From a candidate division WWE3 bacterium RIFCSPHIGHO2_01_FULL_42_13 (GTDB lineage: Bacteria > Patescibacteriota > WWE3 > UBA101185 > UBA10185), in contig MEVA01000016.1 of the NCBI GenBank assembly GCA_001772625.1, forward strand, positions 67,159 to 131,158: DNA of 64,000 bases, in the 5' to 3' direction. The position numbers were made by a program, and so were the translations under genes. Below are positions 1-9,732 of the stretch, piece by piece. The stretch's first letter is position 1. The number at the start of each line of letters is the position of its first letter. The notes beneath the pieces are model-generated. The model was not told the origin of the DNA and ran no database searches. It saw only the letters and a list, made by a program, of their open reading frames with translations.

Positions 1-782
1 TTTGTATCTGCAATGCGCGAAACAACTGACTTGGAAAAATCCCCTAACCACGGGTTTTTAACCGGTGGGATAAAGAAATACCAAGGACGAGAGCTAAAGT
101 AAACGAAGTCTTCAAGGGGACGTGCGGTGTAACCAGACGTGCCTTTGGGAACAGAGCTATCTAAATAATTTAGTTTTACAAAAGGCCATAAAAACAAAAG
201 GCTTGAGGCAAGTGTAATAAACAAAACTACCACATAACTTTTTAGGTTTTTAAGGTCGAAAAGCGCAAAAAGCCCAAATAAAATTAAAAGAAAAAATCCA
301 ATGTAGTTAGAAATTAATATCGCCAGCAAAAGAGCCGCGGACAACGCGGCATAGGCTTTTGTGCTCCAACCAATCTCCTTGTATCTCAAAACTAGATGTA
401 TAAAAAGAGGGACTAACCAAATTTGCATAAGTTCCTCATGAACGCCTGTTTGAATCCAAATGTATGAAGAAAAAGAAAATATCAGAGCATATGTCAAACC
501 GAACTTATATCGTTTGAACAGCAAATGACTTAAGGCAACATTAGCCAGCATGGTTGCTAAAAGAAAAAGGTTAAAAAAGCTCGTTCCAAAGAAAAATGTA
601 AGAGTTGATAGGAAAAGCCAAAGTATCGGCTGATTTGTCGACAATGGGTGGGCCAGATGGAAAAAAACGTTTTGGTAGAAACCAGACCCAGCAAGATGTG
701 GTAACAAAGAAAATAAACCATCAGTTACTTGAGGCCAGATTAAAAGGGAAAGCTGATCTCCTAAGCCGCCAATAATAAGCAT
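1..782 (-). CDS. Multi-TM membrane protein, probable GT-C/YfhO-like glycosyltransferase; 3' end runs off the window; absent from the ORF track
   Basis: ATG at 782 preceded by GGAG. The frame is open to base 1: MLIIGGLGDQLSLLIWPQ...YALIFSFSSYIWIQTGVHEELMQIWLVPLF...RPLEDFVYFSSRPWYFFIPP. Hydrophobic helices with an early-loop Asp. Confidence 0.7.
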   Translation of the reverse strand, partial: MLIIGGLGDQLSLLIWPQVTDGLFSLLPHLAGSGFYQNVFFHLAHPLSTNQPILWLFLSTLTFFFGTSFFNLFLLATMLANVALSHLLFKRYKFGLTYALIFSFSSYIWIQTGVHEELMQIWLVPLFIHLVLRYKEIGWSTKAYAALSAALLLAILISNYIGFFLLILFGLFALFDLKNLKSYVVVLFITLASSLLFLWPFVKLNYLDSSVPKGTSGYTARPLEDFVYFSSRPWYFFIPPVKNPWLGDFSKSVVSRIADT

Positions 783-803
783 AAGTTTACTCCAAAACCA
801 ACA

Positions 804-1154
804 TTATTCCCTTTTAAATAAGAGAATTTTCGTTTCAACAACCAAACCAGCCAGTATGTATATAAACGCATAGTCCGCCGTTTTATCTGCTTGCAAAGTC
901 GCCCCAATGCCGGAAAGCAAAGCAGTTGCAATTAACAGAGCCGCGCTGAAGATATAAATAACTCTTGGCTCAAATTCCCTGATGTAGACGACAAAAAGAT
1001 AATAGAAAAGCAGAATAATATACACCAAACCGTTTTGACCTTTTAGGAGAAGGATGTCAGCTATTAATAGAATATAAAACGCGGCCTCAAAATATAACGC
1101 CCACTTTTTTATTTGCCCCCTTAAGTTCTTAAATGTATTCCACAACGCTGTCAT
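804..1154 (-). CDS. Small ~4-TM membrane protein (116 aa), partner of giant GT-C #2
   Basis: ATG at 1154 overlaps the upstream TGA (ATGA). Hydrophobic, with motif TADYAFIYILAGLV shared with 4813-5157. Confidence 0.75.
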   Translation of the reverse strand: MTALWNTFKNLRGQIKKWALYFEAAFYILLIADILLLKGQNGLVYIILLFYYLFVVYIREFEPRVIYIFSAALLIATALLSGIGATLQADKTADYAFIYILAGLVVETKILLFKRE

Positions 1155-4100
1155 TTTTTGTCGCTCCTTTTTCTTCTCCACACTACTGCGGTGCTAACTA
1201 CTACAAAGACGCCTGCTGAAACTAAACTTCCAATATAAAACATGTTTTGAGGGAAAAATTCTATTGTCAACTCGTATGTATCTCCATATCCAGACGGATC
1301 AATGTACCACGCATTTCCAAAGTAATTGGCTTTGTAGTGATCTCCTCCAGCTATCTGTTGTAACCCAAACGTCTCAAAAATCCCTCCAGGGACGTCACCA
1401 AACTCCGTCACACTGCCGTCTAGATACGTACCTGCCAGATCCCCTCCAGCAAAACTTCCCCCCTTATATAACTTCCAACCGCTATCAAATGTTTGATTAA
1501 GAATTAGGTAGAAAGGTTGGTTCGAATTGGTTACCTGCACCTTGTACTTTGTCGGATTGACTCTGTAAAAACGAATATCGGGGGCACTACCCGAATAAGC
1601 CGGTTTCCCGCTTTCCAGCACTAAGTTGGGGGTGGCATTGGCAGTCAAAAGTAAACTCTCTAAGCCCATTTCTACGCCAGCCGCAACAGGACCATACGAA
1701 AATACATAAAAATGCAGACGTTTGGAATTAGGGGTGCTTTTGATCTGCGCGTTAAACTCGCTGAAACATTTTTCTACATCAAAATATACACAAAGCTCCG
1801 AATTCGATCCGACTAACAGATTCCCTTGGTTCCCAACACCAAGCTCATTAGGCCCCTTTAACCCATTTATGTATCTTAGAGTGTAGTTGCCATCAACTCC
1901 CTCTTCAAACACAGCAACCCCAAGAAATCCACTATCCGCGTTATATCTAAAAGAAAAGTCATATCCATCAAGACCTTGTGCGTCCTCCACCACAAACCGC
2001 TTAATATTATTGACTGGAAAAGTTCTAAGGGTGGGACGTAGATCAGGAACTTTAAGCAGTAAGTTATCTTCTTGAGTTAAGCTTATTTCCTCAACAGGAA
2101 TCTCATCCGTCAGGTTTTTCTTTTCATCTAGATCGAGGGAAACAAAGTATTCCCCGGTCTCAAAGTATTGATTCTTTTCAATCTTGTTCAGCGGGCCGCT
2201 ATATAAATTTGTGCCGTGGACGTTTCTTATTGTTAAAATCACGGAATCGCTTGGCTGATCTAACAAGGAATAATCGTTAAACACAAAACTCAACTGATAA
2301 TTACCAGGCCTCTCCACAACCACTTCATAACAAAAGTCCAGACAAGTAGTGTCCGTACGATTTGTATTAACCCTAACGTACCTATCATAAATCTCGTATA
2401 AGTAGTCGATTGTGCTTTGCGGAACACGATCAATCCTGCTTAACATAAACAGCGATCTTTGATGATACCCTAAAATTTTTCTTATAATATCTGGGGAATA
2501 CCAAAAGTCCGGGTTTTGGTTAAGTAGATCATCCTCAAGTCTGCTTACAATTTCCTCATGTCCAGCAACAAAGGCATCAAGTAAGTTGTTCGCGACATAG
2601 TCAGGTAGATATTCGTAACTTGACAACTCAACTGCCTTTTTAGATGTGTACCAAAGTAAGGTATCTAAGTAATCATCTGAGTCTTTAGCGTATTTTTTGA
2701 GGTCTGTCTTTTCCCTCAATCGAACTAAGGGATATGCTATGGAATTTGGCGCCACATTAGCCTCAGGCAATACCCACCCAGGTGACCAGTATAAATCACT
2801 TAACATTTTCTTCTCCTCATCATCAGTTTTGGGCGGGACAGTAATAACTATCTGTTCATTACTGCCTGTTTCATAATCCTCATCTCCGACAAAGACTTGC
2901 GTCTCCCCGTAATTGACGGCATTGATAGCGTACAAGGGTACCGCGCTAATACTTTTTATGTCTACAACACTAGTTGTTGCATATACGGCCGGGTAGAAGT
3001 TATCTTTATTAATCTTATACAAGTCCCACTCCCCAAAATTTCTCTCCTTCTCGATAGAAAAATGGCCGAGCGCGTCTTTTATAAAAGCGGGTGAATCTGT
3101 GTCACCAAAGAAATCATATCTAAAGTCATTTCTCTGTAGAATATAGCCTATGTTAAAAAACCCCGCGATCTTATTAAGATCATAATTACCTTTGTTATAA
3201 AGAATTTCGATCAGTCCTTGGTAAATACTAGCTGGATCATCGGTTAAGGTAAATCCTTCCCCATATGTATTAAATAAACTGCCCCTACTAGATACCAGGT
3301 TTAAAACATCTGAAGATCCCCCATAACCCCAGGAGTAGACATTAGCGTTCATGTCAGGCAAAACCATTACGTTAAAAAGATATTTTTGGGATTCTAAGAA
3401 TTTACCCGTATCAAATACATAGTCAGGAAACGTCTGGTGGTAGCCTAGGTCAAACTTTCCATGATATCCGATGTCTGAATCTCTACTCGGAAACATGGTA
3501 CCAAACACAAAAAGGTTATTAACCCAGATATAAATACTTGAAATAACTAAAAAAACCACCAAATAGTAAAAGGGTTGGTGTGCTTTCTTAATAAGTTTCT
3601 GCTTTTCAAACAAAATCCCCAAACCACGAGCAAAACCTATCCCTCCTAAAACAGCAAGTCCCAAAGTAGCAAAAATCCCGAATTTCTGCCAAGGCGCCCT
3701 ATGTACCCAAAAACCGGGAAGCTTGTTAAAAGCAAATTTGAAGATTTCCTCAAAAGGGGGGTGGGTTCCTTTAGAAAAGTACAACGATATAAGAGTTACG
3801 CCACCAATGGCCAGTAAGGTTTTCTTGTTTATGTGATCTTTAAATGCTAAGGATAAGACAAACGCCACAGGCAAAAGAAAACTCAATAACGTAAAAATAG
3901 AGTTCTGGTCAAGTTTAATAAACTCTGGAAAATAGGCAGCCCCACTCCATCCGTCATACCATATAATATCGCCAAGTTGTCTGAAAACATTCTTGAAACT
4001 GGTAAAGGTGCTCGTCCATGCCAGAAGGGACTCTACATTATATATCTCTTTCCCCGCTGCCGAATCAGTAAGCCCACTACTAAGCATAAGGTTACCAAGC

Positions 4101-4840
4101 GGCACCATCCAATAAAGCCCGCTCAAAACCGCGATTGTAGCTACCAGAAAAATCTTTTTTGTCTTGGACCAAATCACCCGAAAATCTCTTTTTACAATGT
4201 CAAACAAAAAATAATAAAAAACCAGGAATACTGACATTAAGAGCAATGCGTAAGCTATGGGCGGCTGTATTCCTAATGAGGAGCCAACAATAAATATCAA
4301 AGACATTAGAAATACATCAACTCTGCTTAACCTGTTTTTATCAAGAATTGTTATCATAATGCCAATGAATATGGGAAGAGCAAACATTATCGTCACAGCC
4401 ATCTGAAGACGGACCCATAAAAACATATTATAAAAATTAATCATGTAGATAAGAATTGCGAACAGTTTGGCGTAAAAACCCCATTTATCGTTTTTCTCGT
4501 CATCTAAAATTCTATTCATCAGAAAAAGCATCGAAAATCCCGTGAGCGCAAACCAGAAAATAAAAGTTAGTTTTTCTACAGTAATTAGGGAAATATCAAG
4601 CCTAGAAAATAAAAATGCCACAAGGACAAAAGGCAGCGAGCCCAAATTATTTGATCTGTCAACACCAAATTGTATTTCCGGGTACCAAGTAGATAAACGC
4701 TCCACCAATCTATCCTCAGGATATAGAGGAAAATCCACATCAGTTCCGGTTATAAGTTCTCCCTTAAACCATAGAAGGGGTACAAGTCCTAGCAGCAGTA
4801 CAAATAGAATTATTAAATTTTGCTTTCCTTGTTTTGCCAT
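1151..4840 (-). CDS. Giant GT-C-fold membrane glycosyltransferase #2 (AftD/DUF3367-like N-terminal TM region, large extracytoplasmic region, YfhO-like C-terminus with TM anchor)
   Basis: 1229 aa, about 12 TM segments in the N-terminal half. Motifs ITGTDVDFP, FSKGTHPPF, HRAPWQKF, LNQTFDSGW, HYKANYFGNAW, and a C-terminal TM helix. Confidence 0.7.
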   Translation of the reverse strand: MAKQGKQNLIILFVLLLGLVPLLWFKGELITGTDVDFPLYPEDRLVERLSTWYPEIQFGVDRSNNLGSLPFVLVAFLFSRLDISLITVEKLTFIFWFALTGFSMLFLMNRILDDEKNDKWGFYAKLFAILIYMINFYNMFLWVRLQMAVTIMFALPIFIGIMITILDKNRLSRVDVFLMSLIFIVGSSLGIQPPIAYALLLMSVFLVFYYFLFDIVKRDFRVIWSKTKKIFLVATIAVLSGLYWMVPLGNLMLSSGLTDSAAGKEIYNVESLLAWTSTFTSFKNVFRQLGDIIWYDGWSGAAYFPEFIKLDQNSIFTLLSFLLPVAFVLSLAFKDHINKKTLLAIGGVTLISLYFSKGTHPPFEEIFKFAFNKLPGFWVHRAPWQKFGIFATLGLAVLGGIGFARGLGILFEKQKLIKKAHQPFYYLVVFLVISSIYIWVNNLFVFGTMFPSRDSDIGYHGKFDLGYHQTFPDYVFDTGKFLESQKYLFNVMVLPDMNANVYSWGYGGSSDVLNLVSSRGSLFNTYGEGFTLTDDPASIYQGLIEILYNKGNYDLNKIAGFFNIGYILQRNDFRYDFFGDTDSPAFIKDALGHFSIEKERNFGEWDLYKINKDNFYPAVYATTSVVDIKSISAVPLYAINAVNYGETQVFVGDEDYETGSNEQIVITVPPKTDDEEKKMLSDLYWSPGWVLPEANVAPNSIAYPLVRLREKTDLKKYAKDSDDYLDTLLWYTSKKAVELSSYEYLPDYVANNLLDAFVAGHEEIVSRLEDDLLNQNPDFWYSPDIIRKILGYHQRSLFMLSRIDRVPQSTIDYLYEIYDRYVRVNTNRTDTTCLDFCYEVVVERPGNYQLSFVFNDYSLLDQPSDSVILTIRNVHGTNLYSGPLNKIEKNQYFETGEYFVSLDLDEKKNLTDEIPVEEISLTQEDNLLLKVPDLRPTLRTFPVNNIKRFVVEDAQGLDGYDFSFRYNADSGFLGVAVFEEGVDGNYTLRYINGLKGPNELGVGNQGNLLVGSNSELCVYFDVEKCFSEFNAQIKSTPNSKRLHFYVFSYGPVAAGVEMGLESLLLTANATPNLVLESGKPAYSGSAPDIRFYRVNPTKYKVQVTNSNQPFYLILNQTFDSGWKLYKGGSFAGGDLAGTYLDGSVTEFGDVPGGIFETFGLQQIAGGDHYKANYFGNAWYIDPSGYGDTYELTIEFFPQNMFYIGSLVSAGVFVVVSTAVVWRRKRSDKK

Positions 4841-5157
4841 AAAACTTTCAAGTATTGCATAATCAATCCAAGCAGTAGTAGTAAGAATACATAATCAGCA
4901 AGCACTAACGCCGAAGCATTTAGCTTCAGCAGTATAAGGACCGGAATAGCTGGGATTGCGATAATACTATCACGTAGGGCTTTAAAGTGACCCTGCTTGT
5001 ATGCCAACATATCCAGTATATAGAAAATTAGAACCGTAACATACAAAACGTCCATTTGCTTAGGAATAATAAACAAATGGGCAAGAAAAAGGGTAAGAAA
5101 TAAAACCCTAACAAAAAGGCTTGATTCTGCTAATCCGTTAAGTAAATTATTTCTCAT
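4813..5157 (-). CDS. Small ~4-TM membrane protein (114 aa), partner of giant GT-C #1
   Basis: ATGA overlap with the upstream gene. Motif LADYVFLLLLLGLI; paralog of 804-1154. Confidence 0.75.
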   Translation of the reverse strand: MRNNLLNGLAESSLFVRVLFLTLFLAHLFIIPKQMDVLYVTVLIFYILDMLAYKQGHFKALRDSIIAIPAIPVLILLKLNASALVLADYVFLLLLLGLIMQYLKVLWQNKESKI

Positions 5158-8100
5158 AAGCGCCTTTTTAAATATTCGAACACTGCTGTGGTGGAGATAG
5201 TTAGAAGGGTGATGGCAGTGACCACAGCAAAAATATAAAAGACTCTCTGAGAGGCAAATTCTATAATCAGAAAGTCAGCACCTTTAACATCCAGGGGATC
5301 TAAATACCAAGTGTTACTAAAAAAGTTTGATTTAAAATGTTTATCATTAGCGATCTCTTTCATTTTAAGCGTCTCGAAAGCACTTAAAATCCCCGTACTT
5401 CTTTCCCCTTCCCCGGCATAAAGCTTCCAGTGCGGACTGAAGGTTTGATTGAAAACCAGGGCAAATTTTCCGTCTCCATAGAAACGACCCAATTTGACTA
5501 GATATTTTGTGGGGGCAAGTTGTTTAAATACAACTTCTGGCAAACCCCCCGAAGGTTGCGGCATATTAAGTGATTTTAAAATAATGTTTGGGTTAAGTTG
5601 TCTTAACAGATTCATAGAAACAACGTCCACTTCTCCACCTCTAAAGGGATAGAGGTATATATCCAAAGATTCAACACCGTTTGACACCAAAACATCTGCC
5701 TCAAATATCTTTTCCTCCACGGTAGGTTCTAAAACACTTGATAACAAAACCCGCCCAGCACCATCTGTAGATTTCTGTACAAATAAGATGCCCATTCTGT
5801 CATTCGAGGTATATTTAAGCTCCGCCAGGTACTTACTTTGAAAATCAAGTGCATTATAAGAATACTTGATCATACTATTTAGATTCAAAGGACCTATCAG
5901 TTCCTCACTACGCTCAACTCCCACTCCCCTGGTAAACTCTTCGGGATTTACTACCTCGCGACTCTTGAGCGACACTGGCTCGTCCCGCATACCACTCAAG
6001 CTGAAAGTAACATTCCCAGAATCTAGATTATAGATATTTTTGGATGTCTCACTACCGCCATCAACATAAATATCGTACAAGTCTGACGGAAGTTCTCTTT
6101 GGTTAGATTCCACTATGAACATCTCGTATGAGCCAGGGATTTTAATATTAAAGTTGTAACAGTAATTTTTGCACCCTACTTCCTCCTGAATCTCTAAACT
6201 CTGAAATATCTCCAGTTGTTTGTTTAATTCACTTGTGATTTGCGGGGATAGGTCTAGTCCTTGGGTTTTTTCTAAAACCAACTTTATATTTTGAACGCCT
6301 AGAAAAGCGTACTTGGATACCTCCGAAGCATCTGCCCAGTTCGAAAACGCCTCACTATAATCTACAATTCCATTTAGATAATCCTTGTATAGCGTAGCTT
6401 TCTTACTGACTGGTAGATTATCGTACTTAAGTATCTCCGAGATTCTCTTAGAAGCAAGCCAAAGCTGTAATCCAGCCTTTGCAGCATTATCTCTCATTCC
6501 CAATAACTGCATTTTTTCCTTGAGTCTGACCAAATTATATAAAATGCTGTTGGGTTGAACATTAACCTCCGGTAGATAGGGCGTTTCTGCCAAGGTAGGT
6601 TCTCCCACAAACCCTCCAGGGGAAGAAAGATAAGTCTCACTGAAAGTCACAATGCCCCCCGCATCTTCAAGTAAAACAGTATTCGATCTGTCGTTTAAAA
6701 TTGCGGGTAGAAGAATGTTTTCCTTCATTGCAGTCACATCGACAAAATTATTTGCTGTGTATATAAACTGATTACTTCTCTCTTCACCAATACTATAAAA
6801 GTCCCATCGGCCAAAACTCGTTACAGGACCTAGCCCTAGTGTTGAGAGTTTTTCTTTAATAAACCCCGGTGAATCGTGATCACCGTAAAAATCGTATCTA
6901 AAATCATTTCTCTGCAGGATATGGTCTATGTTGTAGAAGTCAAAGACTTTTAACAGACCGTCGTGGTTGCCACTATATAGTGCCGAAACTATCGCACTGT
7001 AAATGTTGGTTATATACCCATCCAAAGCAAACCCCTCTCCATACGGAGAGTATAGTGTGGAACGGCCAAGAAACAGCCATGTTATATCTGTCGAGCTCCC
7101 ATACCCCCAGTCGTAAACACTTGTATGCTCTTCGGGAAGGAGAAGGATATTATAGTGCTCTTTGTTTAGCCCCTTTATATAATCTCGCGCCTCATACAAG
7201 TAGTCCGGGAAAGTGAGATGAAAGCCTAAATCAAATTTTCCATGATAACCAATATCCGACTCTTTGCCGGGAAACATAATACCAAACACAAAAAGATTAT
7301 TTAACAGTAGATAAAGCCCGATAAGCGTAGGTGCTATTATAAGTTTGGTAACTTTTAATTTTGCGTGTAAAAAGTTAACGGTGAAAAAAGTGCCAAAACC
7401 ACCTAAGACGGCATATGCCATTGTTGTAACTAAGCCAAACTTCTGCCATGGGGCCCTATGTATCCAAAAACCCGGCAAGTTATTAAAACTCCACTCAAAT
7501 ACACTATTAAACGGCGGGTGTGTTCCTTTTGAGAAGAATATAGTCATTAATGCAATAAGCCCAAAAGCAAGAATGGGCTTTTTATTCTCTTTGTTAACAT
7601 AAAGGGCCAGGAAGACTACAAGAAGAGCAAGAAAGCTTAAAATCAGAAACGCTGGGTTCTGATAAAAGTCTACGAACTCGGGGAAATAAAACTGGCCTCC
7701 CCAGCTGTCAAGCCAAACTACATCTCCAAACATTCTGAATATATTTAAATTGCTTGCCGTTTTGCTAGTCCACTCCAAAAGCTCTTTAACATTGTATGCT
7801 TCAACGCCAGCTTCACCACCTTGAATAAGACCAGACCTAAATATGTAATTTCCTAACGGAAAAATCCAATATGCTCCGCTGGCCGCAACCACAAAAGATA
7901 GGCAGACCAGTTTCTTTAGTTTGTGAAGGATAATCTTTTTATTTCTAAAAAGGTCAAACGACAAGTAAAACCCAATGTAAACACACATGCTCATCAGAAT
8001 CACATACATAACTGGGGGCTGCTTACCCAAGGGCCCACCAAGGATTGTCGCTACGGACAGAATCAAGAGATCTTTAGTTTTCAGGGAGTTTTTGTCAAGT

Positions 8101-8585
8101 ACCGAATGCAAAACCCCAAAAAGGACTGGGACGAACACAAGCGATGTTACAGAAACCTGTAGCCTAACCCACAAAAACATATTGTAAAAGTTCACCATGT
8201 AAATTAGAATCCCAAAGACTTTAATTAGAAATCTCTCCTTTTCTTCTCTCTCTGTAAAAACTTTTTCTAAAAGGTACGATATTGAAAATCCAGTTAAAGT
8301 AAACCAAATAACGAAAGTTAGTTTTTCTACCGTCACCACATCTTTAATAAACAGATTTAAAAGTCCTGAAGTTCCCACATAGGGAAGAGAGCTTATGTTT
8401 ATTGATCTTTCAGCGCCAGCTAGCTCTAAATCTTCCCACGCATAAAACCTCTCTTCAACACGTTCCCAAGGGAATGGGGGAAAGTTAACATCAGTTCCAG
8501 TAATTATCTGATTACCTCTAAACCACAGTAGGGGTATCAAACCCAAAATCAAAATGTATATTGTTATTGCGGCTTTATATTTCAT
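5154..8585 (-). CDS. Giant GT-C-fold membrane glycosyltransferase #1, paralog of 1151-4840
   Basis: 1143 aa. Blocks shared with the paralog: ITGTDV, NFYNMFLWVRLQ, FSKGTHPPF, LPGFWxHRAPWQKFG, SDIGYHGKFDLG, ILQRNDFRYDF. Confidence 0.7.
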   Translation of the reverse strand: MKYKAAITIYILILGLIPLLWFRGNQIITGTDVNFPPFPWERVEERFYAWEDLELAGAERSINISSLPYVGTSGLLNLFIKDVVTVEKLTFVIWFTLTGFSISYLLEKVFTEREEKERFLIKVFGILIYMVNFYNMFLWVRLQVSVTSLVFVPVLFGVLHSVLDKNSLKTKDLLILSVATILGGPLGKQPPVMYVILMSMCVYIGFYLSFDLFRNKKIILHKLKKLVCLSFVVAASGAYWIFPLGNYIFRSGLIQGGEAGVEAYNVKELLEWTSKTASNLNIFRMFGDVVWLDSWGGQFYFPEFVDFYQNPAFLILSFLALLVVFLALYVNKENKKPILAFGLIALMTIFFSKGTHPPFNSVFEWSFNNLPGFWIHRAPWQKFGLVTTMAYAVLGGFGTFFTVNFLHAKLKVTKLIIAPTLIGLYLLLNNLFVFGIMFPGKESDIGYHGKFDLGFHLTFPDYLYEARDYIKGLNKEHYNILLLPEEHTSVYDWGYGSSTDITWLFLGRSTLYSPYGEGFALDGYITNIYSAIVSALYSGNHDGLLKVFDFYNIDHILQRNDFRYDFYGDHDSPGFIKEKLSTLGLGPVTSFGRWDFYSIGEERSNQFIYTANNFVDVTAMKENILLPAILNDRSNTVLLEDAGGIVTFSETYLSSPGGFVGEPTLAETPYLPEVNVQPNSILYNLVRLKEKMQLLGMRDNAAKAGLQLWLASKRISEILKYDNLPVSKKATLYKDYLNGIVDYSEAFSNWADASEVSKYAFLGVQNIKLVLEKTQGLDLSPQITSELNKQLEIFQSLEIQEEVGCKNYCYNFNIKIPGSYEMFIVESNQRELPSDLYDIYVDGGSETSKNIYNLDSGNVTFSLSGMRDEPVSLKSREVVNPEEFTRGVGVERSEELIGPLNLNSMIKYSYNALDFQSKYLAELKYTSNDRMGILFVQKSTDGAGRVLLSSVLEPTVEEKIFEADVLVSNGVESLDIYLYPFRGGEVDVVSMNLLRQLNPNIILKSLNMPQPSGGLPEVVFKQLAPTKYLVKLGRFYGDGKFALVFNQTFSPHWKLYAGEGERSTGILSAFETLKMKEIANDKHFKSNFFSNTWYLDPLDVKGADFLIIEFASQRVFYIFAVVTAITLLTISTTAVFEYLKRRL

Positions 8586-9732
8586 TTATTATTTTTAATT
8601 CTTCCTCACCGACCAAACGCCAATCATACTGACGAGCAAAGTTCATACCTTTCTCTGAAAGAGTCTTGTGCAATTCCTTATCTTCAACAACCCTTATAAT
8701 CTCGTCTGCCATCCTTGTGTGGTCAAACAGCGGCACACGAATAATCATAGCTCCTAAATACGAAAACGCCGGGAGCTTGTAGGCAACTACGGGTGTGCCC
8801 AATGCCACGGCCTCAAGAACGGAAATCCCCCATCCCTCCTCGTGGCTTGCCGATATAAAAACCGCACTAGACTTAATTAATCTATATAAGTTTCTGGGCT
8901 GCAGCGGGCCTAACAGAATAATGTTATTGGTTAAGCCAACCTGCTTTATTTTACCTTTTAGCTGATTCGTAACCTCCACTGTACCACCCCCAGCAACAGC
9001 AACACACCAACTGGGGTGTTTTGCTACCACGCTAACCCAAATTTGAACAAGGTCAAAAATTCCTTTGGTTTCACGTAACCCTCCGGCAAAAGATGCCTCA
9101 AACCAATCTTTTTTAGGCACCGCAGCTTCAATCGCACTCATATTTATACCGTTTTTTACAAAATAATGCTTCCTAGGGCTTATTACACCAACAATACTCT
9201 GGCCCTCCGGCGTATCATAAACAAGCAGAGCATCTGAGAAGTAATGAACCACTCTAAAACCAACCCTTTGAAAAAGAAAGGATAGGAAATTAAATAAAAA
9301 GTTCCCGCTTCTTTTAAAAGGGCTCTTCGTTCTGTGATGGACCATGGAAACATATTTGGCGCCATAGATAATCTTGTAAAAAACCGCGGGGATCACGTCG
9401 CAAAAATAATCTGATGTTGAATAGACTACATCAGCACGAGGAAGTTTTCTAAAAACTACTAAATATAGTGAGTGTAAAGTAGAAATAAAATAAGAAACTA
9501 ACCTATCTAAATTTGAACTTTCTCTCTTCTTCCAAATGTGTGAAGCTACAACAAATTCTCCGTTAAACTTAAGCCCATTATTTCTATAGTTACCCAACCC
9601 CCCTAAGGTCGTCACGCAGTAGATTTTGCAACTTTTTCCTAAAATCCTCGCAGTCTCTATATGTCTGGCCGCGCCTCCACTTTGCACATCGCTTAAACCC
9701 GATCCATTATTTATATACAGAATGTTTTTCAT
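8575..9732 (-). CDS. GT4 family glycosyltransferase
   Basis: SGGAARH near the N-terminus, KGIFDL, and the EEGWGISVLEAVALGTPVV (ExxxxxxxE) motif. Confidence 0.9.
   Translation of the reverse strand: MKNILYINNGSGLSDVQSGGAARHIETARILGKSCKIYCVTTLGGLGNYRNNGLKFNGEFVVASHIWKKRESSNLDRLVSYFISTLHSLYLVVFRKLPRADVVYSTSDYFCDVIPAVFYKIIYGAKYVSMVHHRTKSPFKRSGNFLFNFLSFLFQRVGFRVVHYFSDALLVYDTPEGQSIVGVISPRKHYFVKNGINMSAIEAAVPKKDWFEASFAGGLRETKGIFDLVQIWVSVVAKHPSWCVAVAGGGTVEVTNQLKGKIKQVGLTNNIILLGPLQPRNLYRLIKSSAVFISASHEEGWGISVLEAVALGTPVVAYKLPAFSYLGAMIIRVPLFDHTRMADEIIRVVEDKELHKTLSEKGMNFARQYDWRLVGEEELKIINEI

Noticed and set aside
787-804. ATG overlapping the stop at 804 (TAATG) as the start of the leftmost gene
   Set aside because: That frame closes after 5 codons. 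The long frame begins at ATG 782 behind GGAG.
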